DNA from: a phage
Assembly: GCA_024975835.1 (NCBI GenBank)
Contig: GCA_024975835.1_4840.1
DNA length: 64,000 nt
Reading direction: 5' to 3' (one strand)
Each line of letters starts with the position of its first letter. Position 1 is the first letter of the stretch. Made by a program: the position numbers and the translations under genes. Shown here one piece after another: positions 39,813 to 49,550 of the stretch. Below the pieces are notes generated by a model that had not been told where the DNA came from, made no database searches, and saw only the letters and a program-made list of their open reading frames with translations.

Positions 39813-40268
39813 TTCTTCCCAGAAGTCTTCGTCGTCCCCGACAGCAGCCAGTTCCGTGTCCAGTTCTTCATCGGTAAACGGTGGCAGCACCCCGTTCTGA
39901 ATCAGATAATCCATCTCATCATCTTCCAGCTGCAGGTCGGTGGCAATATACAGCGCTCCGCTGCCCTCTTCGTCCGTCTCGATACTGTACGAAGTGTATG
40001 GCACCCCATTCACTGTAATGATGATAGACGTTGGATCCTTGGGATCTACGTGCGCCTCGAACGGCACGCCATCAATCGGTGCGTCTTCCAGGAAGGTGGC
40101 AAGTGCTACGGCGGCGCGGACAACATCAGTGCCTTCAACGCCTGCATAGATCTCTTCCGCGCCTGTCTCTTCACGATCAAACAGCTCAATCGTGATACCG
40201 TCTTGAACACCAGTCCATACAGGGATGTCATTAGTGTATTCTGATTCAAACAATTTGGAGGTTGGCAT
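39810..40268 (-). CDS. hypothetical highly acidic protein
   Basis: 152 aa, Asp/Glu-rich throughout. Confidence 0.45.
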   Translation of the reverse strand: MPTSKLFESEYTNDIPVWTGVQDGITIELFDREETGAEEIYAGVEGTDVVRAAVALATFLEDAPIDGVPFEAHVDPKDPTSIIITVNGVPYTSYSIETDEEGSGALYIATDLQLEDDEMDYLIQNGVLPPFTDEELDTELAAVGDDEDFWEE

Positions 40269-40300
40269 GTTAGGTTCCTCAGTGGGTTAGCCATATGGGG

Positions 40301-40307
40301 TATTTAG
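40301..40307 (-). promoter_or_regulatory. late-promoter-like CTAAATA motif
   Basis: Minus-strand CCTAAATACCCCATATGG 33 nt upstream of the ATG at 40268. Confidence 0.35.
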
Positions 40308-40399
40308 GCTTCCCGCTTGGCGATGCCTGGTTTGTACAGGACGCCTCTCGGAATATTGGAGGAAGGTTTTCATAGATACCCCACACTGGTTGTATGGGG

Positions 40400-40406
40400 T
40401 ATTTAG
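40400..40406 (-). promoter_or_regulatory. second copy of CTAAATACCCC motif
   Basis: Direct repeat of the element at 40301, about 100 nt further upstream. Confidence 0.3.
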
Positions 40407-40412
40407 GATGGA

Positions 40413-41606
40413 TCAGGAAGGGGTGAAGTCGTTCACAGGAACTGTTTCAGGGATAGCCAGCTCAGGGCATGCTGCCTTCATTGGCTCAATGTACGGCTTA
40501 CTACCCACAATCCAGAACAGAGTGTTCTCATTGAGCAACTCTGGCTTGTTCTGCTGGATCCAGGTCATGACCTTGCCTTCATAGCGAGGATGCAACTCAA
40601 TATCGCCCCACTGATATTCCATCAGGTCATTATAACGAACCCAATTAGTGGTATGAAGATCCCAATGGTGTACCTCAAAGCGAGGAAGCACGACCTCTGG
40701 CTCTTCCTTCTGCCTGATACCACTTAGGAGGCCAGCCAGCGAAACGCTCTTAGAGGCATGCTGAAGCTCCTTCTTGCCGTGTACATAGTCTGGGTTGTCG
40801 TGATAGCGACGGGTAAAGTCGACAATGTGCGGCAGATTGGCATGTTTGCCGATGATGCGCAGGCGGCTCTCGATAAAGTCAAGGCGGTTAGGACCGATGC
40901 CGATTAGATACACACGCTTCAGATTAGGCTTCGGATGCATTGCCAGCCCGGTCAGGATGCTTGTGCAAGAGTTGCACGATCCGGCTGGGATGATCAGGTC
41001 AGTAATGTGATCAGGAATGTTGGCAACCTGCTCGCCACCCAACATATGGAACCCAGCAATGCGCTCAGGGGAGTGGGCTGTATGGTCGAGGGTGATACCA
41101 TACTCCAGATAATACGCCTTTGGATTCTGTTGTTCGATCAACTTCTTACAGCGCGGCTGGATGGTGCTGTTGTAACCCGAGCCGACGAAGTTGAACTCAC
41201 TACCAAACCAGGCTGACATTGCCACCATTTCATGGTTCATACAGGTGGTGGGTTTGGTCGCGCCGAGCACAGTAGTTGTCTTGCCGCCGAAGTGCCGAGA
41301 GACTGCTGTCGCCATAGGGGACTGCGGACTACCAACGACAGTACCATGGATGATGTCAGGGGAGCCTCCGGCCTTGAGGTGCTCAACCATCAACCAGATG
41401 GCCTGGCGGAGTTTGCTGCCATTGATGCCCTGCTTGGCGTTGGCATAGTTAGACAGCGGCGCAAAATAATCTTCACGCTTGAACCAGACCTGCTGGTTGG
41501 TTTCGGGATTGACGACAAGTTCGCACGGGGTGTGCTTGTAGAGATAGTCTTCCCAGTGAACCAGATTGCGGTCGAGGGAAAGGGTATCGAAAATGGTCTT
41601 GTTCAT
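40413..41606 (-). CDS. PLP-dependent enzyme (fold type II, ACC-deaminase / Trp-synthase-beta-like)
   Basis: NGSKLRQ lysine motif and Gly-rich loops typical of fold-type-II PLP enzymes; start at MNKTIFD with AGGAG upstream. Confidence 0.6.
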   Translation of the reverse strand: MNKTIFDTLSLDRNLVHWEDYLYKHTPCELVVNPETNQQVWFKREDYFAPLSNYANAKQGINGSKLRQAIWLMVEHLKAGGSPDIIHGTVVGSPQSPMATAVSRHFGGKTTTVLGATKPTTCMNHEMVAMSAWFGSEFNFVGSGYNSTIQPRCKKLIEQQNPKAYYLEYGITLDHTAHSPERIAGFHMLGGEQVANIPDHITDLIIPAGSCNSCTSILTGLAMHPKPNLKRVYLIGIGPNRLDFIESRLRIIGKHANLPHIVDFTRRYHDNPDYVHGKKELQHASKSVSLAGLLSGIRQKEEPEVVLPRFEVHHWDLHTTNWVRYNDLMEYQWGDIELHPRYEGKVMTWIQQNKPELLNENTLFWIVGSKPYIEPMKAACPELAIPETVPVNDFTPS

Positions 41607-41676
41607 TCTATTTTCTCCTGTAGACATTGGTTTATCATAGTGTATCTACAGGAGTATAGAAAAGGAGAATCTCGGC

Positions 41677-42336
41677 TTATTTCTTGAATAAACGAAGGAA
41701 CTTCATCATGTTTTCCATGAAAGTCGGCTTCTTGACCTTTTGTTTTACCGGAGCGCCCTGATCATTCAGAACACGACTGGCCGGAGGAGTAGGTGGTGTC
41801 GGTGCTTTCGTTTCACAGGCCGGAACGATGTTCACGTCATGATGAGAAGACTCAGCTGTAGTGTTAACAACATTGTTCTCCTGGACGACAGGCTTAACGA
41901 GATTCTTTTCATACTCGCGAGCAATCGCCTGGTACTTCCGATTCTCCGCGTCAAAGTCCATAGAAACGACTTTACGACGGCGGCGCGTCGCGCTCTCATC
42001 ACCATAGAAATCGTATCCGTTCTTGACCAGCCAGTGTACAGCTTGGACAAATGAATGGAAGATCATGAACGGCTGGCCATTACCCTCTTCAGCAGCGGTG
42101 ATGCCGGAGTAGCCCATGAGCACAACCTGACCCTTTACGTCGAGGTCAAAAGATGTACATTCACCGTGCTGGTTCAGATCACGCGGAGCCAGCTGGGAAT
42201 CACGATGGATATAATTCGGCGACAAAAACTCATTCAGAGTTCGTTTGTTGCCTTTGTATTCAAACAGGCGAATACAGATGGGAGTCGTCAGTTCATGCCA
42301 TTCGGCATCGTTGACCCAGATAGAAACATTACGCAT
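41677..42336 (-). CDS. hypothetical protein
   Basis: 219-aa ORF; Pro/Thr-rich basic C-terminal tail. Confidence 0.45.
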   Translation of the reverse strand: MRNVSIWVNDAEWHELTTPICIRLFEYKGNKRTLNEFLSPNYIHRDSQLAPRDLNQHGECTSFDLDVKGQVVLMGYSGITAAEEGNGQPFMIFHSFVQAVHWLVKNGYDFYGDESATRRRRKVVSMDFDAENRKYQAIAREYEKNLVKPVVQENNVVNTTAESSHHDVNIVPACETKAPTPPTPPASRVLNDQGAPVKQKVKKPTFMENMMKFLRLFKK

Positions 42337-42428
42337 CGGTGTATCCTCAAATCAATGGATAGGGGTTTAACGGTTAAATTTTAAACCATTCTATCTCATT
42401 GAACAAATACAGAATGGGAAGGATGGAC

Positions 42429-42456
42429 AAAAGAAAGCCGGATAAGGATATCCGGC
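42429..42456 (-). terminator. intrinsic terminator downstream of tRNA cluster
   Basis: GCCGGATA-AGG-TATCCGGC hairpin followed on the minus strand by TTTCTTTT. Confidence 0.6.
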
Positions 42457-42675
42457 TATACCACATCGATGGGATGGGTTGAAAAGACTACACGCTTGCA
42501 CTGGTACTGCCTTATGGGAGAGCGCGTCAGGAGTCGAACCTGAAGTCGTCGACGTAGAGAAAGCTATTTGCATTTCACTATCCTCGCCGCGATTTTCTTA
42601 ACTTCCTAAACACCCCGATTACGAGAGAGTCGACATGCACATCTTCTAACTCTTCAGGAAGTCACGCCCGTAATT

Positions 42676-42764
42676 TGGCGGAAGGTGAAGGATTCGAACC
42701 TTCGGGGGCTAAAAGCCCCACTCGATTAGCAATCGAGTCCCTTAAACCTCTCGGGCAACCTTCC
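42676..42764 (-). tRNA. tRNA-Ser (anticodon GCT)
   Basis: Folded by hand: 7-bp acceptor GGAAGGT/ACCTTCC, anticodon stem CTCGA/TCGAG with loop TTGCTAA, long variable arm, T-loop GGTTCGAATCC, encoded CCA. Confidence 0.8.
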
Positions 42765-42984
42765 AATTTGGACGGGCTTCGCACCCGATTGAGCATTTGA
42801 TCTACCGTAGCCCAACTCCCCGCGCTTCTCAGCGCCGATTGGTTAACTGGCGACCAGTGCCTTCTGGTTCGATCTCCTGGAACTTTACAGGCTTTGCGCC
42901 AGACCATTTCTGGAAGTTGGGGCATCGTTTCCGATGTGGAGTCACCCCATTTTATACACAGCTGGCTGCAACGCTTACTGTGTT

Positions 42985-43068
42985 TGGTGTGAGTGGATGG
43001 ATTCGAACCACCGCGCTGTTACGGGGAGATTTACAGTCTCCTGCATTCGACCGCTCTGCCACACTCAC
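42985..43068 (-). tRNA. tRNA-Tyr (anticodon GTA)
   Basis: Acceptor GTGAGTG/CACTCAC, anticodon loop CTGTAAA, long variable arm, T-loop TTCGAAT, encoded CCA. Confidence 0.8.
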
Positions 43069-43325
43069 ATTTGGTCTGCCGCTGCGTGCTGGGCCACGCT
43101 CGAGGACATCGGCCATCCTTCCTCAGCTAATCCACGCAGCGGTAGATTTGTATCAGAGTGTCCGGTGTAGCAACCCGTGAGGTGCGCACTACTGTAGCCT
43201 CTACACTCTGAATTTGGTGGGTGTTACTATCGTCGTCTTCGGATTCCGTTCGGCTATTGGACAGAGGCTTGGAGCTTGTCGGTCGCGTACTTTATGCCTA
43301 TTCACTTTCGTTCACACCCATTGTC

Positions 43326-43401
43326 TGGCGACGATGGCAGGACTTGAACCTGCGACATATGGATTAACAGTCCACCGTTCTACCGACTGAACTACATCGT
43401 C
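43326..43401 (-). tRNA. tRNA-Asn (anticodon GTT)
   Basis: 76 nt; acceptor GACGATG/CATCGTC, D-stem GTTC/GAAC, anticodon loop CTGTTAA, T-arm GCAGGTTCAAGTCCTGC, encoded CCA. Confidence 0.85.
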
Positions 43402-43562
43402 TTGCAAATCACTATACCATATAAAGTTTATTGAACAAACATTTATTTTACAACAAACTGTATTGGCGGGGTCTGAGGCTTTTCACCTCACCTGCTGGGT
43501 TTGGCCGCCCAGCCGTTCTCTATGAGGATTCACTGTCCGGACAGCTATCCATTAAACTATCG

Positions 43563-43639
43563 CCCCTCAATATGGTGATCCTGATTGGGTTTGAACCAAT
43601 GACCAATGAATTATGAGTTCACTGCTCTAACCGACTGAG
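43563..43639 (-). tRNA. tRNA-Met (anticodon CAT; Met or Ile2 not distinguishable)
   Basis: 77 nt; acceptor GGTCCTG/CAGGATC, D-arm GCTCAGTCGGTTAGAGC, anticodon loop CTCATAA, T-loop GGTTCAAACCC, encoded CCA. Confidence 0.8.
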
Positions 43640-45033
43640 CTACAGGACCAAATTATTGTGTGACCAACCAAGGACTGTCAACCCTTTATCCCGTTTGTGC
43701 ATGATCAGTTCATACAGGCCTCTTTGTGCTGCCTCACGGCATGCGCTTCTGTTGGTCATTGGCTTACACTGTGGCCTCACAACAGGCGTTTATTTTTCCA
43801 GGGCTTTCCACTTACAAGTCTTAACCAGACCGGGATACGGGCTTGTAAGATCGGGTTGGACACAACTTTGAGGACACTGACGACGTATACGAGTCACCCA
43901 TAACAGATATTCGGATGCCAGTGTCCTCAAAGTTGCAACCAATGTCGCAACTCGCAGCTTCCATACAGAAGCAACTTGTCCTCTAACGCTCGGACCAAAC
44001 GAGGCTGGCTGGTTGATTCAGAGCCGCTGGTTGCTCCAGCAAGCATGGGTTGATAGCCCGGCAACATAGAATCACCCAAAGATGAAGAACATTCATGACT
44101 CACATCACACCACGAATGGCCTGAAAGAGAATCGAACTCTTTAAATGCTCTTCATTTTGTGAACTTGAGAATACTACGCCTGTCTCGGGTTTCCCCTTAG
44201 TTCGGCCTCCCAGTCCTCGCCGCGCCGGGTAGCTAACCCTGATGGCTCGTCTGCTACTGAGTTCTTCTTGGTGCCCACCAGTGTCCGGAATGTGTAGGCA
44301 TCGCAATCTGCAAGGCATGGTCTATTTCACCCAATGCTCTCTCAAGTTCACAAATCGAAGTGCCCTGACTCAACAGTATGGCCCAATATGCTGTTATCGT
44401 CCACCGGATTGGCCGCCCAATTTGTAGATCAACCTTTGGGTTTAAGATAAATTGTCAAGGCACTTCGATTTGTGTGCCCTTCACCTGCCAGGGATCAGGG
44501 CTGATGGCAAGACTTCGCTCACATCTTTCAAGATACTCGTGAGAATATCCTCAAAGATGTGGAGCCGTTTTAGGGAGTCGAACCCAAATGCTTGGCCAGC
44601 GCTGACCTTACATCCCATCTGACTTAGGCAACCCACCTCTGCTTACTCAGGAGCTTATCCCCTTTGGACAGTCAGATATAACGGCATTGTCGACGGGAGC
44701 TTATTAATCACACCCTCCCGTCTATTTTAGTGCGCCGAATTTGGTGATGAGGAATCGGAAGACCTCACTGACTTATAGGCTGTTACGCCGCCATCAGAAC
44801 TTCGGAATCATTAGCAGTTATTTGCTTGGTCAGTTTCTAAAAACCCGCAAAGTCACTCACAACGAAAACGAAAACCTGTTTGAGCACAAGACGCCATGTC
44901 CTGGGTTCACATCGAAGTGTTTGTCTAATGCCCAAACAGCTTTTCGTTCAGTGGGTTAACTATACTTTGTAACCCGTTATTGACAAAACCTTAAATTAAG
45001 TTGCGGTGTACTCAAGACCACCGCACTATTAAT

Positions 45034-45348
45034 CTACTTCAGCCAGCCCATGACTGCTTTGATGGTGTTGTCTGAATTAACTTCCACAGACTCAACCCAA
45101 ACAGCCTGACACGAGGCCGAGAAATTATACAGGGCATCGTAGTTCTCAAACTTCTTGTCCACCAGAGCGATGGCACGCTTCCGTCCTGAGATTTCTACCT
45201 TGGTTGAGTCTTCAGATTTCACCAGAGTGCATGAAACCCCATCCCAACCCAGTTGCTTCTGTAAATTCTCTAAATTGATCATAACTACCTCTTTGTCGAT
45301 ATTTGTTGGACATTTCCATTCGCGGACTATGTCAACACCCACCAACAT
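45034..45348 (-). CDS. hypothetical protein
   Basis: 104-aa ORF at the edge of the ORF-poor region. Confidence 0.35.
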   Translation of the reverse strand: MLVGVDIVREWKCPTNIDKEVVMINLENLQKQLGWDGVSCTLVKSEDSTKVEISGRKRAIALVDKKFENYDALYNFSASCQAVWVESVEVNSDNTIKAVMGWLK

Positions 45349-45998
45349 TTTGCCGGAACTTACGCATCCGGCCTCGCCTGTTGGTGCTCCTTCGAATCCG
45401 GGAAGATCAGTAGGAACTATGAATCAAGTTAATTCGACCAACAGGAACCTTGTTGCCCTTTGACGCAACATTATGAACCCTCTATGGAAGACTCATAATG
45501 TTGTCGGCGTGATGGAGATTAGCGCCCCCGACCTCCCCTTGTGTTGGTGTCGACTTGCCAACGGGGTGCTCTCTATTTCTGAGCTAATCACGCTGCAACA
45601 GGGAGTTTCGTTCTCCGACGGTCAAGTGCGTCCACTGACACCATGCAAGGTGGATATTGACTTATGAAGCCGGAGTCCTCGTCCTAGGACTGTGCTTGGC
45701 CTCAGCCTTTACACCGCTGGTCGCCCGACTCTTTACACCATAAAATTTACTATACTACAGCCAAGCTAATTTGAAAAGTCCTCTCCTCTTTGTGCTACAC
45801 TGCCCACAGCAGTGCGGACGAACCTTCACACAAAACCGGATGCGCCGAAGTGGGCGACTGTTTACCGGACTGATCGGGTAGACCCAGGAGAGAGCAGGTA
45901 ATCCCGATCAGGAGGATGAGGAGTAACATCATGTAAAACATAGTGTTCCCTCCCTTCCATGCAACTAACTTTACTGCAATTATTTATTGAATAAAGCG

Positions 45999-46568
45999 TT
46001 ATTTTAACACTTCTAACTTCACAATACGACGCAGAAGGTAAACATATTCGCCAGCAGCTTCATGCGTCATATAATGGGTAGAAGGTGTGGAATGAGTGTT
46101 CTGGGTTTCTTTTAATCCAACGCGTTCAGCCCAACCATTAATAGAGTTCCCATAGAAACCGATAATCGCGCCAAAATAAATACGCCCGCTTTCTGGCTCT
46201 AAAACGTAGTTGACAGTGAAGCAAATGTCAGAACGAATAGACTCCAGTTTCATACCAACACGACCTTCAGAGAATTCGTTACGAACATATAAATGACGGA
46301 AGCGATCGCGCCGTGCTTGTGATGATTCTTCCAATTCTTGTCGAAGTGAAGAAGTTATGTCAATATTAAATGAAAATGTTGGATTTCGTAAATCAGAACG
46401 GGCCAACTCTAACGCAGATTCAATAACGCGACGGAAATTGATACTTTTACCTGTCAGGCGTTTCACTTCATCGGTGATTTTTTCAAAAGGGATTTTCGTG
46501 GCGCGTTCCCCTTCGTATTTTGCTAACAAAGGAACAATGTGTTTCATGATTGCTGTGTTAATGTGCAT
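45999..46568 (-). CDS. hypothetical protein
   Basis: 189-aa ORF flanked by AT-rich intergenic DNA. Confidence 0.45.
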   Translation of the reverse strand: MHINTAIMKHIVPLLAKYEGERATKIPFEKITDEVKRLTGKSINFRRVIESALELARSDLRNPTFSFNIDITSSLRQELEESSQARRDRFRHLYVRNEFSEGRVGMKLESIRSDICFTVNYVLEPESGRIYFGAIIGFYGNSINGWAERVGLKETQNTHSTPSTHYMTHEAAGEYVYLLRRIVKLEVLK

Positions 46569-46886
46569 TCCGGAGCCTCACTGGATTGATTAAATGTCTC
46601 CGTTATTATATTGGGAGTATGTTTATTGAATATAAACACAGGAATGACCAATAAAATAATGACAGTGATTATTAATAGGTAAAAACTACTTTTCTACAAC
46701 ATCAAGAAACTGTATCCTAACGCAGTGCCCTTCGAGTTGTGAGTGTTAACGAACAACGAGAAGCAGCCTCCATGGCTGTGGAATGGTGCTGCCCGCATAG
46801 GGCGGTGTTACGAGCGAGGGCGTTAGCCCCCTCGCGAGTTATATTCGAATAAATTAAACGCGCGCGAGCGTTTTGATTCCCGTTGG

Positions 46887-46893
46887 CTAAATA
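46887..46893 (+). promoter_or_regulatory. late-promoter-like CTAAATA motif
   Basis: CTAAATA 41 nt upstream of the ATG at 46934. Confidence 0.35.
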
Positions 46894-46933
46894 TCTTCAA
46901 CACCATATTCAAACTCAGGTGATGGAGATTATC

Positions 46934-48712
46934 ATGGCCACGCAAACAGTCCCTTCACTCGATGTCAGGGCTTTCGAGTATCTTATCAAGAAGCGTATGA
47001 AAGCTGATCCAACTTTCAAGGATTATGACTTTGAAGGTTCTGGTCTCAGTGCAATCGTGCGTATCTTGGCCTCGGATGCCAACTCTATCGGGTTCATGCA
47101 GAACATGCTGAATGGCGAAAGCCATCTTCACTCTGCTCAACAGCGTTCTAATGTCGGTCTTGCGGCCGGGTTCTTGTCGTACACCCCTCATAACTACCAG
47201 GCGGCGTACCTGTATGCAAACGTCACAGTCACTCCATATGACGCCAGCACGGCTCCGGACACGATTATAATGGATCGCCGCGCGATGTTCATTGGGGCGA
47301 AGGATGGCAAATCCTACAACTTCACGGTTGAACAACCTGTGAGTGCCTCTCTTGTAGACGGCTCTTACAAGTTCGAGAACATCAAACTCATACAGGGTAA
47401 CTGGCTGTACAAGTCCTATGACGTGGAAGGCAGCGCGATTTCTACCTATGTGATCCCATCTTCTTCCGTGGACATCGACCATATGGTAGTGCAGGTACAG
47501 GAATCTGAGACATCTGACGTGCGGTCTACCTTCTCACGGTATGTCAGCCCGTTCGATTTGAGCCAGTATGCGCAACTCTACTTCGTTGAGCTGGGGTTGG
47601 ACGGAATGTACACGTTCGAATTCGGTGATGGGTACATCTGCAAGCGAGTAGAAGACGGCAATGTTGTGTACCTCCAGTATCTGGAGACAGCTGGTGCGGA
47701 CGGCAATGACATCACTGCCTTGTCCTCCGCGTCTTCCATCGGGGGATTCAACCTTGTAGATGTTGAGCTGGTGTCAGAACGTTCTTCCGGCGGTGCGGAC
47801 CCAGAGAGCATTGAGGACATCAAGCGCCTTGCTCCGCTGGCTTATCAGGCAGAGGGTGCGGCGGTAGCCGAAGTCGATTATGCTGTGTTGACCGAGCGTC
47901 TGTTCTCCAACGTCTCCCGCGCCAAAGCATATGGCGGAGACACGCTCTCTCCGCCCGACTCCGGATACGTTTACATTGCTGTGGTGCCTTCTGTTGGTGA
48001 GACGCTCTCGGACGCCGAGAAGGCAGATATCGTGGCGACGTTGGACAAGTACAATGTGGGTACGATCACACCCAAGATTGTCGACGCTGAACTGACTTAT
48101 GTTGATGTCACCACCCGCGTGTTCTGGGATCCGACTTCCACGTCCTATACCGAAGAGCAGTTGAAGACAGTCGTGAAGAACGGTGTTGTCAACTGGGGCT
48201 TGGGGAACCTAGAAGGATTCGACGAACTGTTCGATAAAGAGCAGTTACAGTCGGCCATCACCGACATGGACAGATCGATAGTGTCAAACATCACTTCTGT
48301 GAAGTATAAGCGCCATTTCAAGCCAGACTATGGGGTACTGGACAGCTTCACATTCGATTTTGGGCGCTCGATTGCGTCTGGTTCTGTGCGTATCAGTGGG
48401 TTTAAGCCGCTTCCGGCCGAGGTCGAATTCACTTACTACATACGCGACGTCAGTGGTGTCCTGAATATGTACAAGGTGAGTACAACAGACACGACCAAGG
48501 AATATCTGGTACAAGCTGTTGGAACGGTTGATTATGTGAATGGCGTTGTTGAACTCCAGCGTATCATAGTATCCAACTACAACACTGAGGGTGTGACAAT
48601 AATTGTGTCTCCAGACGGTCTTGACCAGAACATTCAGGCCACACAGAATCAGGTGCTCCGCATCGGTGCTGTAACTGTGGAGCCGGAGGTGCGTTATGTC
48701 CAAAGATCTTAA
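46934..48712 (+). CDS. baseplate wedge protein (Baseplate-J / T4 gp6-like, tentative)
   Basis: Start at MATQTV (GGAG 6 nt upstream); about 590 aa, first gene of the late plus-strand module. Confidence 0.5.
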   Translation: MATQTVPSLDVRAFEYLIKKRMKADPTFKDYDFEGSGLSAIVRILASDANSIGFMQNMLNGESHLHSAQQRSNVGLAAGFLSYTPHNYQAAYLYANVTVTPYDASTAPDTIIMDRRAMFIGAKDGKSYNFTVEQPVSASLVDGSYKFENIKLIQGNWLYKSYDVEGSAISTYVIPSSSVDIDHMVVQVQESETSDVRSTFSRYVSPFDLSQYAQLYFVELGLDGMYTFEFGDGYICKRVEDGNVVYLQYLETAGADGNDITALSSASSIGGFNLVDVELVSERSSGGADPESIEDIKRLAPLAYQAEGAAVAEVDYAVLTERLFSNVSRAKAYGGDTLSPPDSGYVYIAVVPSVGETLSDAEKADIVATLDKYNVGTITPKIVDAELTYVDVTTRVFWDPTSTSYTEEQLKTVVKNGVVNWGLGNLEGFDELFDKEQLQSAITDMDRSIVSNITSVKYKRHFKPDYGVLDSFTFDFGRSIASGSVRISGFKPLPAEVEFTYYIRDVSGVLNMYKVSTTDTTKEYLVQAVGTVDYVNGVVELQRIIVSNYNTEGVTIIVSPDGLDQNIQATQNQVLRIGAVTVEPEVRYVQRS

Positions 48713-49550
48713 TAACGGACACAATGGGGTGAAATATGAAACCCCATTGTTTTACCAGAATGAATTCCCAGTATTCATCGAGTTTATGGATACGTTCTTC
48801 AACTGGTTGTATCGACAGCAGGGATTCACCGAAGAGGAGATCTTGGCGTATCTGGCAGACACTGGTGGCTGGGTGAACCCAAATACGGATCAGTCTCCTA
48901 TTGAGCAGTTGATTGACATCAAGAAGCGCAAGACGCCAGGTACTGAGGCCAAAGACTTCTTGGAAGACAAGTTCCTGACGCGCACGTTTGAGAACATGAT
49001 GGCGCTAGACTTCGAAGATTTGCTGGACGTGGACGGTCGGCCATTAATCTCAATGGAAGACAAGAACGAACGCATCGACGATTGGTATGCTGATTTTGGA
49101 TTCCAGAGAACGGTTGATAAGTCCTTCCTGGAGTTCGGGAAGTTTGTGCCAGTTGGTTCGGACAGTTTGGTGACTTCAGACGGAGACACTCTCTCTGTAT
49201 ATGTCGAGGGAACTGAACGCCGGACACTGGACCATGTACGCTGGTTGAAGTTACTTAAACACATTTATCGCATTCGCGGGACGAAGAAAGCGATTGAATT
49301 GTTCTTCTGGATTTACTTTGGTTGCCCAGTGAGTGTGTATTATCCCAAGGAAGCAATTGGTGGCCTGGATGACAACTTTGAATGTGACGGCGCGACAGGA
49401 ATGCGTGACGATTACTACTATGATGAATTCACGTATGTGATAAGAGTTCCTGGCAACGTATCTGATTTTGAAGGTGTGTTTGATCGCGTCTTCCGTCAGC
49501 ATTTCCATCCTGCTGGGTTTACTGTATTCCTAGAAAGTTCAAGGAGTTAA
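48696..49550 (+). CDS. putative baseplate/tail structural protein
   Basis: 284-aa ORF translationally coupled to neighbours. Confidence 0.45.
   Translation: MSKDLNNGHNGVKYETPLFYQNEFPVFIEFMDTFFNWLYRQQGFTEEEILAYLADTGGWVNPNTDQSPIEQLIDIKKRKTPGTEAKDFLEDKFLTRTFENMMALDFEDLLDVDGRPLISMEDKNERIDDWYADFGFQRTVDKSFLEFGKFVPVGSDSLVTSDGDTLSVYVEGTERRTLDHVRWLKLLKHIYRIRGTKKAIELFFWIYFGCPVSVYYPKEAIGGLDDNFECDGATGMRDDYYYDEFTYVIRVPGNVSDFEGVFDRVFRQHFHPAGFTVFLESSRS

Noticed and set aside
42514-42592. tRNA-like element with a good T-arm (TCAGG-TTCGACT-CCTGA)
   Set aside because: I could not pair a 7-bp acceptor stem or place CCA correctly; possibly a degenerate tRNA or other RNA, so not called as a gene.
44120-44160. 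T-arm-like sequence (AAGAG-TTCGATT-CTCTT)
   Set aside because: No matching acceptor or anticodon stem in the flanking sequence.
44560-44650. Possible tRNA with GGGTTCGACTCCC T-loop
   Set aside because: T-stem has only 3 clean base pairs and no acceptor pairing was found.
43656-44959. Five short ORFs (61-72 aa) on both strands in the region after the tRNA cluster
   Set aside because: Mutually overlapping, no ribosome-binding sites, embedded in hairpin-rich DNA; treated as non-coding.
46955-47482. 175-aa minus-strand ORF
   Set aside because: Antisense within the baseplate-J-like gene; no start context.
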